DNA from: an uncultured Rhizobiaceae bacterium | GTDB taxonomy: Bacteria; Pseudomonadota; Alphaproteobacteria; SMXQ01 | NCBI GenBank assembly: GCA_964577835.1 | Contig: CAZOBN010000004.1 | Location: 396-64,395, forward strand | Reading direction: 5' to 3' | Length of the DNA: 64,000 nucleotides | Part shown: piece by piece, positions 19,792 to 26,843 of the stretch | Numbering within the stretch: position 1 is the first letter of the stretch | How the letters are laid out: each line of letters starts with the position of its first letter | The notes under the pieces: generated by a model | What the model was told of the DNA's origin: nothing | The model's input: the letters and a program-made list of their open reading frames with translations, nothing else | The model's database searches: none | Translations under genes and position numbers: made by a program

Positions 19792-19826
19792 AAGGCCGTT
19801 GCTCTATCCAGCTGAGCTAAGGGCGC
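19750..19826 (-). tRNA. tRNA-Arg (anticodon TCT)
   Basis: Reverse complement folds as a cloverleaf: acceptor GCGCCCT/AGGGCGC, D stem GCTC/GAGC, anticodon stem ACGGC/GCCGT with loop CTTCTAA, T stem GCAGG/CCTGC with TTCGAGT, and an encoded CCA. Confidence 0.9.
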
Positions 19827-19966
19827 ATGCGCGGCTGAGCGCGCGGACACTAGCACAACTCAGGACGCAAACGACAGGACCGTGGACAAGCGGCCTTGGA
19901 GGGAATTCAACCTCTGGCAGAGGGGAGCCCGGGTCCGCGCGCCGCCTTACCCCGTTGAATAACCGC

Positions 19967-20281
19967 TCAGGTGCGGATGCGGTTGAAGGCGAAGTTGGCG
20001 GCGTAGCTCTTGGGGCGGATGACCGCTTCCTTGGGCTCCTCGACGCGATACTGCAAGCCGTGCCGCTCGCAATAGGCGATCGCCTCGTCCTGGCTGTCGA
20101 AGCGCAGTCTGACCTGGCTGCGGGTGTCGCGCGAGGAAATCCAGCCCATCAGCGGATCGTGGCTCTTGGGCTCCGGGTGCTGCTCCTCGACCAGCCATTG
20201 CCGGGTGTTGGCCTTGCCCTGCTGCATGGCGTTGCGGGCGGGCCGATAGATGCGCACCGGCTTGGTGAATGGCTGGCTCAC
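19967..20281 (-). CDS. ETC complex I subunit conserved-region protein (NDUFS4-like)
   Basis: 104 aa with the pattern ARIY.P...AMQSG......W.LE......DPLMGW....D...Q..L.F....A..Y....G, typical of alphaproteobacterial NDUFS4 homologues. Confidence 0.7.
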   Translation of the reverse strand: MSQPFTKPVRIYRPARNAMQQGKANTRQWLVEEQHPEPKSHDPLMGWISSRDTRSQVRLRFDSQDEAIAYCERHGLQYRVEEPKEAVIRPKSYAANFAFNRIRT

Positions 20282-20434
20282 GGGGATCTCCGCTGAAAGG
20301 GGGCTATTGGCTAGCGCGAAGACTGGGCCGGGTCAAGGGCCCGAGGGCAAAGCGCGGCCAGCCGGCCGTTTCCCTTGACCGCGCGCGGTCTCCGGGACTT
20401 GGATGGCCACAGACAAACGCCAGGGTGAGCGCGC

Positions 20435-21067
20435 GTGGAGAGGGCCAGGGGTGCCGAAAGAGAGCAGGTCGTCCTGCTGGTGCTATGGCTGCTCGCCCTG
20501 GTCGCATCAGGCATCGGGCCGACCGACCGGCTGACCTGGTTCATGGAGGTGCTGCCGGTCCTCGTCGCGATGCCGCTGCTGGTCGCCACCCGCGCGCGCT
20601 TCCCGCTGACGCCCCTGCTCGCCCGCCTGGTCTTCCTGCATGGGCTCATCCTCATTCTTGGCGGTCACTACACCTATGCCCAGGTGCCGCTCGGATTCTG
20701 GCTGCAGGACGCCCTCGATCTGTCGCGCAACCACTATGACCGCATCGGCCATTTCGCCCAGGGTTTCGTGCCGGCGATCCTGGCGCGCGAGATCCTGCTG
20801 CGTACCACGCAGCTCAGGCCGGGACCCATGCTGTTCTTCCTGGTGACCGCGGTCGGCCTCGCCTTCAGCGCGTTCTATGAACTGATCGAATGGTGGGCGG
20901 CGCTCGCCATCGGTGCCGATGCGGACGCTTTCCTCGCCACCCAGGGCGATCACTGGGACACCCAGTGGGACATGTTTTTGGCGCTGATCGGCGCGGTCAC
21001 CGCGCAACGGCTGCTGGCGCGGGTCCACGACCGGCAACTGGCGCGCGGCGCGGCGCGGGTCCGGTGA
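20435..21067 (+). CDS. DUF2238/YjdF-like inner membrane protein
   Basis: Multi-pass membrane protein with HYTYA.VP, RNHYDR.GHF.QGF and YELIEW motifs. Start uncertain. Confidence 0.6.
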   Translation: MERARGAEREQVVLLVLWLLALVASGIGPTDRLTWFMEVLPVLVAMPLLVATRARFPLTPLLARLVFLHGLILILGGHYTYAQVPLGFWLQDALDLSRNHYDRIGHFAQGFVPAILAREILLRTTQLRPGPMLFFLVTAVGLAFSAFYELIEWWAALAIGADADAFLATQGDHWDTQWDMFLALIGAVTAQRLLARVHDRQLARGAARVR

Positions 21068-21087
21068 AGCCGTGGCATGCAGAGAAA

Positions 21088-21164
21088 TGGTCGGGGCGAG
21101 AGGATTCGAACCTCCGGCATCCAGCTCCCAAAGCTGGCGCTCTACCAGGCTGAGCTACGCCCCG
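21088..21164 (-). tRNA. tRNA-Pro (anticodon TGG)
   Basis: Reverse complement: acceptor CGGGGCG/CGCCCCG, D stem GCTC/GAGC, anticodon stem CCAGC/GCTGG with loop TTTGGGA, T stem GGAGG/CCTCT, and an encoded CCA. Confidence 0.9.
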
Positions 21165-21299
21165 ATCGCCGCACCATGGAACAAGGGGCCGGCGGTATCT
21201 GGAAACTTGGGCCAGAACCTAAAGCGGGCGCGCCGCAGGGGCAAGGCCGATGATGCTCGGCCGATCCGAGGGGCAGCGGCCACGAATGTCCATTTTTGT

Positions 21300-21405
21300 C
21301 GTCATGGCACGGCTTGACCGGGCCATCTCAGTGAGAGGGAGCGGCGTTCTGGCCGTCTGAGCGTATCGTTTGCCGGAGATGGCCCGGTCAAGCCGTGCCA
21401 TGACG
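21300..21405. repeat. 29-30-bp perfect inverted repeat (GTCATGGCACGGCTTGACCGGGCCATCTC) with ~46-bp spacer
   Basis: Arms at 21301-21329 and 21376-21404 are exact reverse complements. The sequence is related to the GTCATGGCCCG...CGGGCCATGAC repeat family seen elsewhere in the window. Confidence 0.8.
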
Positions 21406-21520
21406 CTTGAGTGTGACGCCGCACGAGCCATGACCAGCACGGAGGTGCCCCTGCCCCTCGCCCGACAAAGCCGGTATAACGAGCCGTGATTTCGTCAGCC
21501 GACCGAAAAAGGAGCCTCGC

Positions 21521-21904
21521 ATGTTCAAGCGGGTGGACCACCTCGCCCTCCATGTTCCCGATGTGGCGCAGGCCGCCGAATTCTACGAATCGATGTTCGG
21601 CTTCGAGCGCTATTTCGAGCATCCGAGCTCGAACGGCAGCCCGATCGCCTATCTGCGGCTCGGCGGCACGGTGCTCGAACTGACCCAGCGCGACATGGCC
21701 GAGCCCATGTCCGGCTTCCATTTCTGCCTCGAGACCGACGACATCGCCGCCGCGACCGACAAGCTGACCGCGGCCGGCGTGCCGGTGGTGCAGCGGCCGT
21801 ACCGGACGACGCCGCGCTCCGCGGCCGAGGAAGGCTGGCATCGCGCCGTCTTCCGCGGGCCCGCCGGCGAGCTGATCGAATTGCGCGGCCGTGTCGGCGG
21901 ATGA
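21521..21904 (+). CDS. VOC-family (glyoxalase/bleomycin-resistance fold) protein
   Basis: 127 aa with VDHLALHV.D...A..FY and a second beta-alpha-beta-beta-beta half containing HF. Confidence 0.75.
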   Translation: MFKRVDHLALHVPDVAQAAEFYESMFGFERYFEHPSSNGSPIAYLRLGGTVLELTQRDMAEPMSGFHFCLETDDIAAATDKLTAAGVPVVQRPYRTTPRSAAEEGWHRAVFRGPAGELIELRGRVGG

Positions 21905-21905
21905 C

Positions 21906-22487
21906 ATGGCGATGCGCCGTCCCTCATCCCCGCCGGCAGGCGCTGGACGCGGCAGCGATCTCGGCCGCCGAGTCCTGCGCCTGCTTCGCCCGGGCAACCT
22001 GCGGATCATCATCCTCGTCTTCATCGCCGCCGGCGCGTGGCTCGGCCTGCTGCCGCGCAACGAGATCAAGGGCCCGGCCGGCGTGGCCGACGGTGACACG
22101 CTGATCATCGCAGGCGAACGGGTGCGGCTCTATGGCATCGATGCGCCGGAACTCGACCAGCCCTGTCACGACGGCGGTCAGTGCGGCCAGCGGGCGCGGG
22201 CGCACCTTGCCGGCCTGGTTGCCGGCCGAACTGTGATGTGCGAGCAACGCGATACCGACCGCTATGGCCGCGAGGTCGCGCAATGCTACCTCGCGACCCC
22301 TGCCGAGGACGGCAAGCTGATCAAGGGCAAGGATATCGGGCGCGCCTTGGTGCGCGACGGCCAAGCCATGGCCTATCGCGCGAGCGCGCCGACCTATGCC
22401 GCGGACGAACCCGCGCGTTTCGACTTCGACCCGCCGTGGGACTGGCGCGAGCGCCCCAATACGATGACCAAGAAGGAGACACGCTGA
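21906..22487 (+). CDS. thermonuclease (SNase)-like protein with N-terminal membrane anchor
   Basis: Hydrophobic segment IIILVFIAAGAWLGLL, then DGDT....G..VRL.GIDAPE ... R.DRYGR. Start uncertain (21891, 21906 or 21912). Confidence 0.65.
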   Translation: MAMRRPSSPPAGAGRGSDLGRRVLRLLRPGNLRIIILVFIAAGAWLGLLPRNEIKGPAGVADGDTLIIAGERVRLYGIDAPELDQPCHDGGQCGQRARAHLAGLVAGRTVMCEQRDTDRYGREVAQCYLATPAEDGKLIKGKDIGRALVRDGQAMAYRASAPTYAADEPARFDFDPPWDWRERPNTMTKKETR

Positions 22488-23149
22488 TGTCCAGCCGCAC
22501 CATCGCCATGACCGCCCCGCTCTACGATTACCTGCTGCAGGTCTCGCTGCGCGAGCCAACCGTGTTGCGCCGGTTGCGCGAGTTCACCCAGCGGCGGCCA
22601 CACGGCAACATGCAGATTTCGCCCGAGCAGGGTCAGTTCATGGCGCTTCTGGTGCAGATGATCGGCGCCAAGCGCACCATCGAGGTCGGCACCTTCACCG
22701 GCTACAGCTCGACCGCCGTGGCGCTCGCCCTGCCCGAGCGCGGCCGCATGATCTGTTGCGACGTGAGCGAGGACTCCACCGCGATCGCGCGCAAATTCTG
22801 GCGCGAGGCCGGCGTCGAGAAGAAAATCGATTTGCGACTGGCGCCCGCCAAGAAGACGCTGGACGGCCTGCTGCGCGACGGCCATGCCGGCAAGTTCGAT
22901 TTCGCCTTCATCGACGCGGACAAGGAGAATTACCGCGCCTATTACGAGCGCGTGCTCAAGCTGCTGCGCCCGGGCGGCGTGGTCGCCATCGACAACGTGC
23001 TGTGGGGCGGCAGCGTGCTCGACGACGCCGATCAGTCGGTCGACACCAAGGCGATCCGCGCGTTCAACAAGAAGCTCAAGGGCGACAAACGCGTCTTCCT
23101 CAGCCTGGTGCCGATCGGCGACGGCCTGACCCTGGCGCGGAAGGAGTAA
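22487..23149 (+). CDS. class I SAM-dependent O-methyltransferase (caffeoyl-CoA OMT-like)
   Basis: Motifs EVGTFTGYS, FDFAFIDADK.NY and LLRPGG....DNVLW. Its ATG overlaps the upstream stop (TGATG). Confidence 0.8.
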   Translation: MSSRTIAMTAPLYDYLLQVSLREPTVLRRLREFTQRRPHGNMQISPEQGQFMALLVQMIGAKRTIEVGTFTGYSSTAVALALPERGRMICCDVSEDSTAIARKFWREAGVEKKIDLRLAPAKKTLDGLLRDGHAGKFDFAFIDADKENYRAYYERVLKLLRPGGVVAIDNVLWGGSVLDDADQSVDTKAIRAFNKKLKGDKRVFLSLVPIGDGLTLARKE

Positions 23150-23171
23150 GACGCCGGTCTTCTTCCTGTCC

Positions 23172-23262
23172 TCGTCATGGCCCGATTTAGTCGGGCCACG
23201 TTCTTTTCTCTCGTTGGAAAACGAAGTCGTGGATGCCCCGGACAAGCCGGGGCATGACGGAT
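23172..23262. repeat. two GC-rich palindromic repeat units (same family as inside the MITE-like element)
   Basis: GTCATGGCCCGATTTAGTCGGGCCACG and CGTGGATGCCCCGGACAAGCCGGGGCATGACGG, nearly identical to the units at 12953-13050 and 33440-33540. Confidence 0.6.
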
Positions 23263-23367
23263 ATGGAGTGTGTTGCGCCACCCGGCCGCCCGATCAAGCA
23301 TGTCCTTGGGCCGCGCAAAGTGCGGACCCGAGGGCCGGGCCATGGCGCGTATGGTCACAAGAAGCGA

Positions 23368-23883
23368 TCAGGGCTCGCCGGTGCCGAGCAGGGGATGGAG
23401 CACCTTGTCGCCCGGCTTGATGGCGAGGCGCGAGGCGGTGCCGCCGGGCAGTTCGAGGACGAAGCGCACCGGCTTGGCGGAGGGAATCGGCGTCAGCGAC
23501 TGCGGCACGGTGCGCTGAGCGATATTCACGATGGCGCCGTCGCCGGCGATGAACAGCATGTCGAGCGGGATCAGGGTGTTCTTCATCCACATGGCGACCG
23601 GCTCGGTACGGCCGAAGTCGAACAGCATGCCGGCGTCCGGTGCGAGCGTGCGCCGGAACATCAGGCCTTGCGAGCGCTCTTCCGGGCTCCTCGCCACCTC
23701 GACCTTGAAACGATGAGTCTTGCCGTCGCCGGTCTGAATGGCGAGCGGCGAGCTCGGGAATGCGACGGCGCCGGACGGCGCCTGGGCGAGCGTGGCCCTC
23801 GGCGCGAGCACCGGGCCTTGCGCCAGCGCCACAAGCGCGCCGGCGCAGAGTGTCGTCACGAGAAGGGAACGGAGCGTCATCAT
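23368..23883 (-). CDS. DUF192-like exported protein
   Basis: Signal peptide followed by GLM.R..L....GMLF.F......MWMKNT.IPLD..F pattern. Start set at MMTLRSLL. Confidence 0.7.
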   Translation of the reverse strand: MMTLRSLLVTTLCAGALVALAQGPVLAPRATLAQAPSGAVAFPSSPLAIQTGDGKTHRFKVEVARSPEERSQGLMFRRTLAPDAGMLFDFGRTEPVAMWMKNTLIPLDMLFIAGDGAIVNIAQRTVPQSLTPIPSAKPVRFVLELPGGTASRLAIKPGDKVLHPLLGTGEP

Positions 23884-23985
23884 GGGGCGCGACTTTATCC
23901 GCCCGCAGGACGGCAAACAATCAAACTTGACGGAATAGATGGCTCGAAGGCAGGCTGCGATGGAATATGGAACGCCTAAAACAAG

Positions 23986-24011
23986 GGCGATATTATACTT
24001 TGCAAACCCAC
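23986..24011. repeat. left terminal inverted repeat of the IS1595-family element
   Basis: GGCGATATTATACTTTGCAAACCCAC, the exact reverse complement of 26844-26869. Confidence 0.9.
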
Positions 24012-24055
24012 AGCCCCTCGGTAGTATCGCCTGGTAACTACCGGGGAGAGGGACT

Positions 24056-24331
24056 ATGGCTAACAACATCTTTGTGTCCTATGACCTTAACAACCCAGGT
24101 CAGAACTACGAGACGGTCATTGCGGAAATAAAAAAGCACGGCACTTGGGTAAAGGTCGAATACTCACTGTTTTTTCTGAGCACCGACGAATCTCCAAAGT
24201 CTATCGCTGAGGCGGTCTGGCGCGTGATGGACCAAAACGACCGCCTCATTGTCATTGATGCCAAGAACAACCAAGGCTATTGGTACTTGCCTGATAGCGT
24301 CAATGACGCGCTCCAAAGACTGTGGACTTGA
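24056..24331 (+). CDS. hypothetical 91-aa passenger protein (Cas2/VapD-like beta-alpha-beta pattern, inference only)
   Basis: A purine-rich GGGGAGAGGG lies upstream of the ATG. IFVSYDL ... HGTWVKVEYSLFFL ... NDRLIVIDA resembles the ferredoxin-like Cas2 layout. Low GC. Confidence 0.55.
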   Translation: MANNIFVSYDLNNPGQNYETVIAEIKKHGTWVKVEYSLFFLSTDESPKSIAEAVWRVMDQNDRLIVIDAKNNQGYWYLPDSVNDALQRLWT

Positions 24332-24465
24332 ACGAACGCGGGCTCCGGCCAAGCGGGATGCCATCGACATGGATGAGCACACCAACTGCCTTGGCGAGGC
24401 AGTGAAGTAGAGCCAGCTTCCAGCGCCTATACGGGATGAGATCGTAATTCATGCTTCTCTCCTAC

Positions 24466-24500
24466 GAAAAACCCCGGCTCACTTGGCCGGGGTTTTCTTC
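24466..24500. terminator. bidirectional rho-independent terminator inside the IS cargo
   Basis: AAAACCCCGGC-TCACTTG-GCCGGGGTTTT stem-loop with A/T runs on both sides. The stop codon of the 53-aa ORF lies in the loop. Confidence 0.6.
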
Positions 24501-24640
24501 TTTTCCGCCTTCTTCGGCGGAACTGGTTTGGCTATTCGCCGCAGCTTTTCTTCGAAAGCCGCTTCGTTCTCATCGCATCCCAGTTCGCGCGCCTTGGCGG
24601 CGAATGTCTGGGCTTGGGATGGTGTTTTCTTTTTCTTCAT
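24479..24640 (-). CDS. unannotated 53-aa Lys-rich ORF, translationally coupled to the PIN gene
   Basis: My own translation: MKKKKTPSQAQTFAAKARELGCDENEAAFEEKLRRIAKPVPPKKAEKKKTPAK. Its ATG overlaps the PIN stop (ATGA). It ends in the terminator loop and is shorter than anything listed in the supplied ORF track. Confidence 0.55.
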   Translation of the reverse strand: MKKKKTPSQAQTFAAKARELGCDENEAAFEEKLRRIAKPVPPKKAEKKKTPAK

Positions 24641-25104
24641 TTTGGGGCTTCCAATGGAAGCTTCGGCTCACGCCAATAGGGCCGTTCAATCGTAAGAACT
24701 GGGTTTCCCAGCGAGCCTGATTTCCCGATCAAGGGAATATCGAATGTGTTCAACAGCTCAAGCCCAGCGTCGAGCGCTGTAGCAACGTGAAGTGCGTCCT
24801 TCGGTTTAACCCCATGGCCCCAGACGTATTCACGCGCCTGCTCTGATACCCGCCGAGTGATATTCCGAACGACAATGTAGTCGTTTCTGAAAAACGCCTC
24901 CACCTTAGCCCGCATTGAAGCTGGTATCGGTGGCGCACCACGGAGCGCTAAAACCTCAGCGATAGTTAGGGCGGATGTAACGATCAAAACCTTGCCTTCC
25001 TCTGCCGCCTCTAAAACTTGGCGACAGGATTCCTCCTTATTGGGCTCGGCCTGAAGCCAGCCCAAGAAGCAATCAGAGTCCCAGTATCGACGCTCTATGG
25101 TCAA
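24637..25104 (-). CDS. PIN-domain nuclease (VapC-like toxin)
   Basis: Acidic PIN residues in the expected order: YWDSDCFLGWL, TIAEV, KDALHVATAL, LLNTFD. TTG start overlaps the upstream stop (TTGA). Confidence 0.85.
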   Translation of the reverse strand: MTIERRYWDSDCFLGWLQAEPNKEESCRQVLEAAEEGKVLIVTSALTIAEVLALRGAPPIPASMRAKVEAFFRNDYIVVRNITRRVSEQAREYVWGHGVKPKDALHVATALDAGLELLNTFDIPLIGKSGSLGNPVLTIERPYWREPKLPLEAPK

Positions 25105-25859
25105 GATTGGTGTCGCAATATCCCGTGAACATCCCGATAAGAGGGAATGGTTTCTCTTGGTGGAAACGCAACTATGTCCTCTACGTCGATACTGACCGGA
25201 CGCCCGTCCTTGCGGTATTTCACAAGTCCGTAAACTTCAACTCGTTGACCAAAAGCGTCGAACGCTTGCTTCATTAAGTGTTCTGGGATCAAGCAGCGTA
25301 TCGGCCGATCCCATAAACTGTCATAGACAATAAATTGCAAACGACCGCGCTCCGTCACCGTCTGAAGTCGCCCTTCAATAGAGCCGTGATCCTCATGTTC
25401 AGTAGCTAGAAGATCGCTCACATGCGCTACAGCCTTTTGAGTGACCTTGACCGGCTCTTTGCGAACCCAAACATTGACTACCGTATCATCGTGATCAGAA
25501 GCGCCAGTGACGCGACCTAGGTCCCTGAGACTCTTGAGCGCGCGCTCGTTGAAGAAATCCGGAACGGACGCTTCGCCCTCAACCTGGGCGATACCCCGTG
25601 CAACAGCGTCAGTGATAACCGCGACAGCCGCTTGGTCGAATCCCGGCCTAGGCATAACTCCAACGAGATTGCTTCCTTTCTTCACTTGCACAAGCCAATC
25701 CACCGGCTTGTCACTTACCGTCTTACTAACCTCGGTCAAAATGGCAAAGAAGGACCGCACGCTGCGCAAGAACTTATCTGGCGTAACGGCGTGTCCGCTG
25801 ATTTCCAGCGTAAGATCGGCGTCTATGTCACCACGAACGGCCACAACGGAATCCTCCAA
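25101..25859 (-). CDS. orphan 247-252-aa protein upstream of PIN (no recognisable domain)
   Basis: Open frame with coherent composition. The likely true start is GTG at 25844, 7 nt after GGAGGA; the ORF-track start is TTG at 25859. I saw no HTH, RHH or AbrB motif. The C-terminal half (GSIEGRLQTVTERGRLQFIVYD...RVEVYGLVKYRKDGRPVSIDVEDI) looks like a small beta-barrel. Confidence 0.7.
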   Translation of the reverse strand: MEDSVVAVRGDIDADLTLEISGHAVTPDKFLRSVRSFFAILTEVSKTVSDKPVDWLVQVKKGSNLVGVMPRPGFDQAAVAVITDAVARGIAQVEGEASVPDFFNERALKSLRDLGRVTGASDHDDTVVNVWVRKEPVKVTQKAVAHVSDLLATEHEDHGSIEGRLQTVTERGRLQFIVYDSLWDRPIRCLIPEHLMKQAFDAFGQRVEVYGLVKYRKDGRPVSIDVEDIVAFPPRETIPSYRDVHGILRHQS

Positions 25860-25868
25860 AGAGGATTC
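25849..25868 (-). promoter_or_regulatory. 8-bp hairpin that sequesters the Shine-Dalgarno of the orphan cargo gene and includes the last base of the transposase stop codon
   Basis: On the mRNA strand the sequence is GAAUCCUC-UUUG-GAGGAUUC. The 3' arm contains most of the GGAGGA Shine-Dalgarno (its first G is the last loop base) and the 5' arm starts at the G of the transposase UAG. Confidence 0.5.
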
Positions 25869-26803
25869 TACACGGACGAGTCCCGGTAGGTAAGCCGTTT
25901 TCCGACAATTCCAGTAAGCGCCATGTTTGCACGCTGGTCGTCACTGAAGCCCAACGCTTGCCGTCCGTTATACCGGAAATCGAACTCGGCCAGATAGCGA
26001 TGAAGGTGTTTCTTGCCGCAGTGCTGATAGACACCCTTCATGCCACGCTTGAAGATGCTGAAAAACCCCTCAATCGTATTCGTGTGTATCTCGCCCCGGC
26101 CATATTCGCCCATTCCGTGACGCACCACGCCATGGTCCGCGAACTCGCGCCCAACGAGCGTGTAATAGGATGCTTCGTCAGTCATGAGACGCGCCTCTTT
26201 GGCGAGATTTTCATGAACGAGCGGCGCAAGGGTCTTGGCGCTCACATCATCAACAACCATGCTCCGGGCTTTCCCGGCGTTTCGGTCAACCAAGGACAGA
26301 ACCTTGAACTTGTGGTGATAGCCACGGCCCTTCTTCTGGCCGCGCGGCTTCTTCGTCTTGTCGCGACCAATGAACGTCTCATCAACCTCGACCGCGCCGC
26401 CGTCGCTGCCAAACGGCAGGAGATTGCCAGCCCGCATCGCTTCGCGCAAACGGTGAGACATGAACCACGCGGTCTTGAGCGTGACGCCCAAGGTCCGGTG
26501 AAGCTGGTTAGAGCTTATACCCTTCTTGCTGGACGCCATCAGATAGGCCGCCTGTAACCAGAGATTAAGGGCAACGTGGCTGGACTCGAAAACGGTCCCG
26601 ACTTTGACGGTAAACTGCTTACGGCAGGAGCCGCACTTGAGAAGGCCGAGGCGCACACGCTTCTCAGCATTCGCCTTTATCCGGTAAACCTTCTCGCACT
26701 CGCCACAGTGCGGGCAGAATGGGCCCTGCGGCCATACGATGCTCTCCAGCTTCGCGAAGGCGGCGGCTTCATCGTGGAAGTAGGGGCGAGAAAGAATGCT
26801 CAT
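25868..26803 (-). CDS. IS1595-family (ISXO2-like) transposase
   Basis: N-terminal zinc ribbon CPHCG...CGSC, an HTH-like region SSNQLHRTLGVTLKTAWFMSHRLR, and a DDE region (VEVDETFIG ... LMTDEASYY ... HTNTIEGFFS). Start set at MSILSRPYF, after AGAGGA. Confidence 0.9.
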   Translation of the reverse strand: MSILSRPYFHDEAAAFAKLESIVWPQGPFCPHCGECEKVYRIKANAEKRVRLGLLKCGSCRKQFTVKVGTVFESSHVALNLWLQAAYLMASSKKGISSNQLHRTLGVTLKTAWFMSHRLREAMRAGNLLPFGSDGGAVEVDETFIGRDKTKKPRGQKKGRGYHHKFKVLSLVDRNAGKARSMVVDDVSAKTLAPLVHENLAKEARLMTDEASYYTLVGREFADHGVVRHGMGEYGRGEIHTNTIEGFFSIFKRGMKGVYQHCGKKHLHRYLAEFDFRYNGRQALGFSDDQRANMALTGIVGKRLTYRDSSV

Positions 26804-26843
26804 GTCCGTATCCTCTGATTTCGAGAATACTAGCATCTTTCAA

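Noticed and set aside
14485-19826. Possibility that the tRNA-bracketed segment is an active prophage or ICE.
   Set aside because: It contains no phage structural, replication or conjugation genes. The only recombinase is a frameshifted C-terminal fragment, and one bracketing tRNA copy is degenerate.
19724-20296. 190-aa plus-strand ORF, and the 81-aa ORF at 21072-21317.
   Set aside because: Their 5' parts are translations across tRNA-Arg and tRNA-Pro respectively (...APCRTRTCDLRL..., ...GFEPPASSSQSWRSTRLSYAP...). The first also runs antisense through the NDUFS4-like gene.
24164-24720. ORFs 24164-24385(-), 24451-24720(+) and 24483-24695(+) inside the IS cargo.
   Set aside because: The first is antisense to the better-supported 91-aa gene and lies beyond the terminator. 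The other two are Phe/Ser-rich antisense readings of the 53-aa Lys-rich ORF, which has a coupled ATGA start and ends in the terminator.
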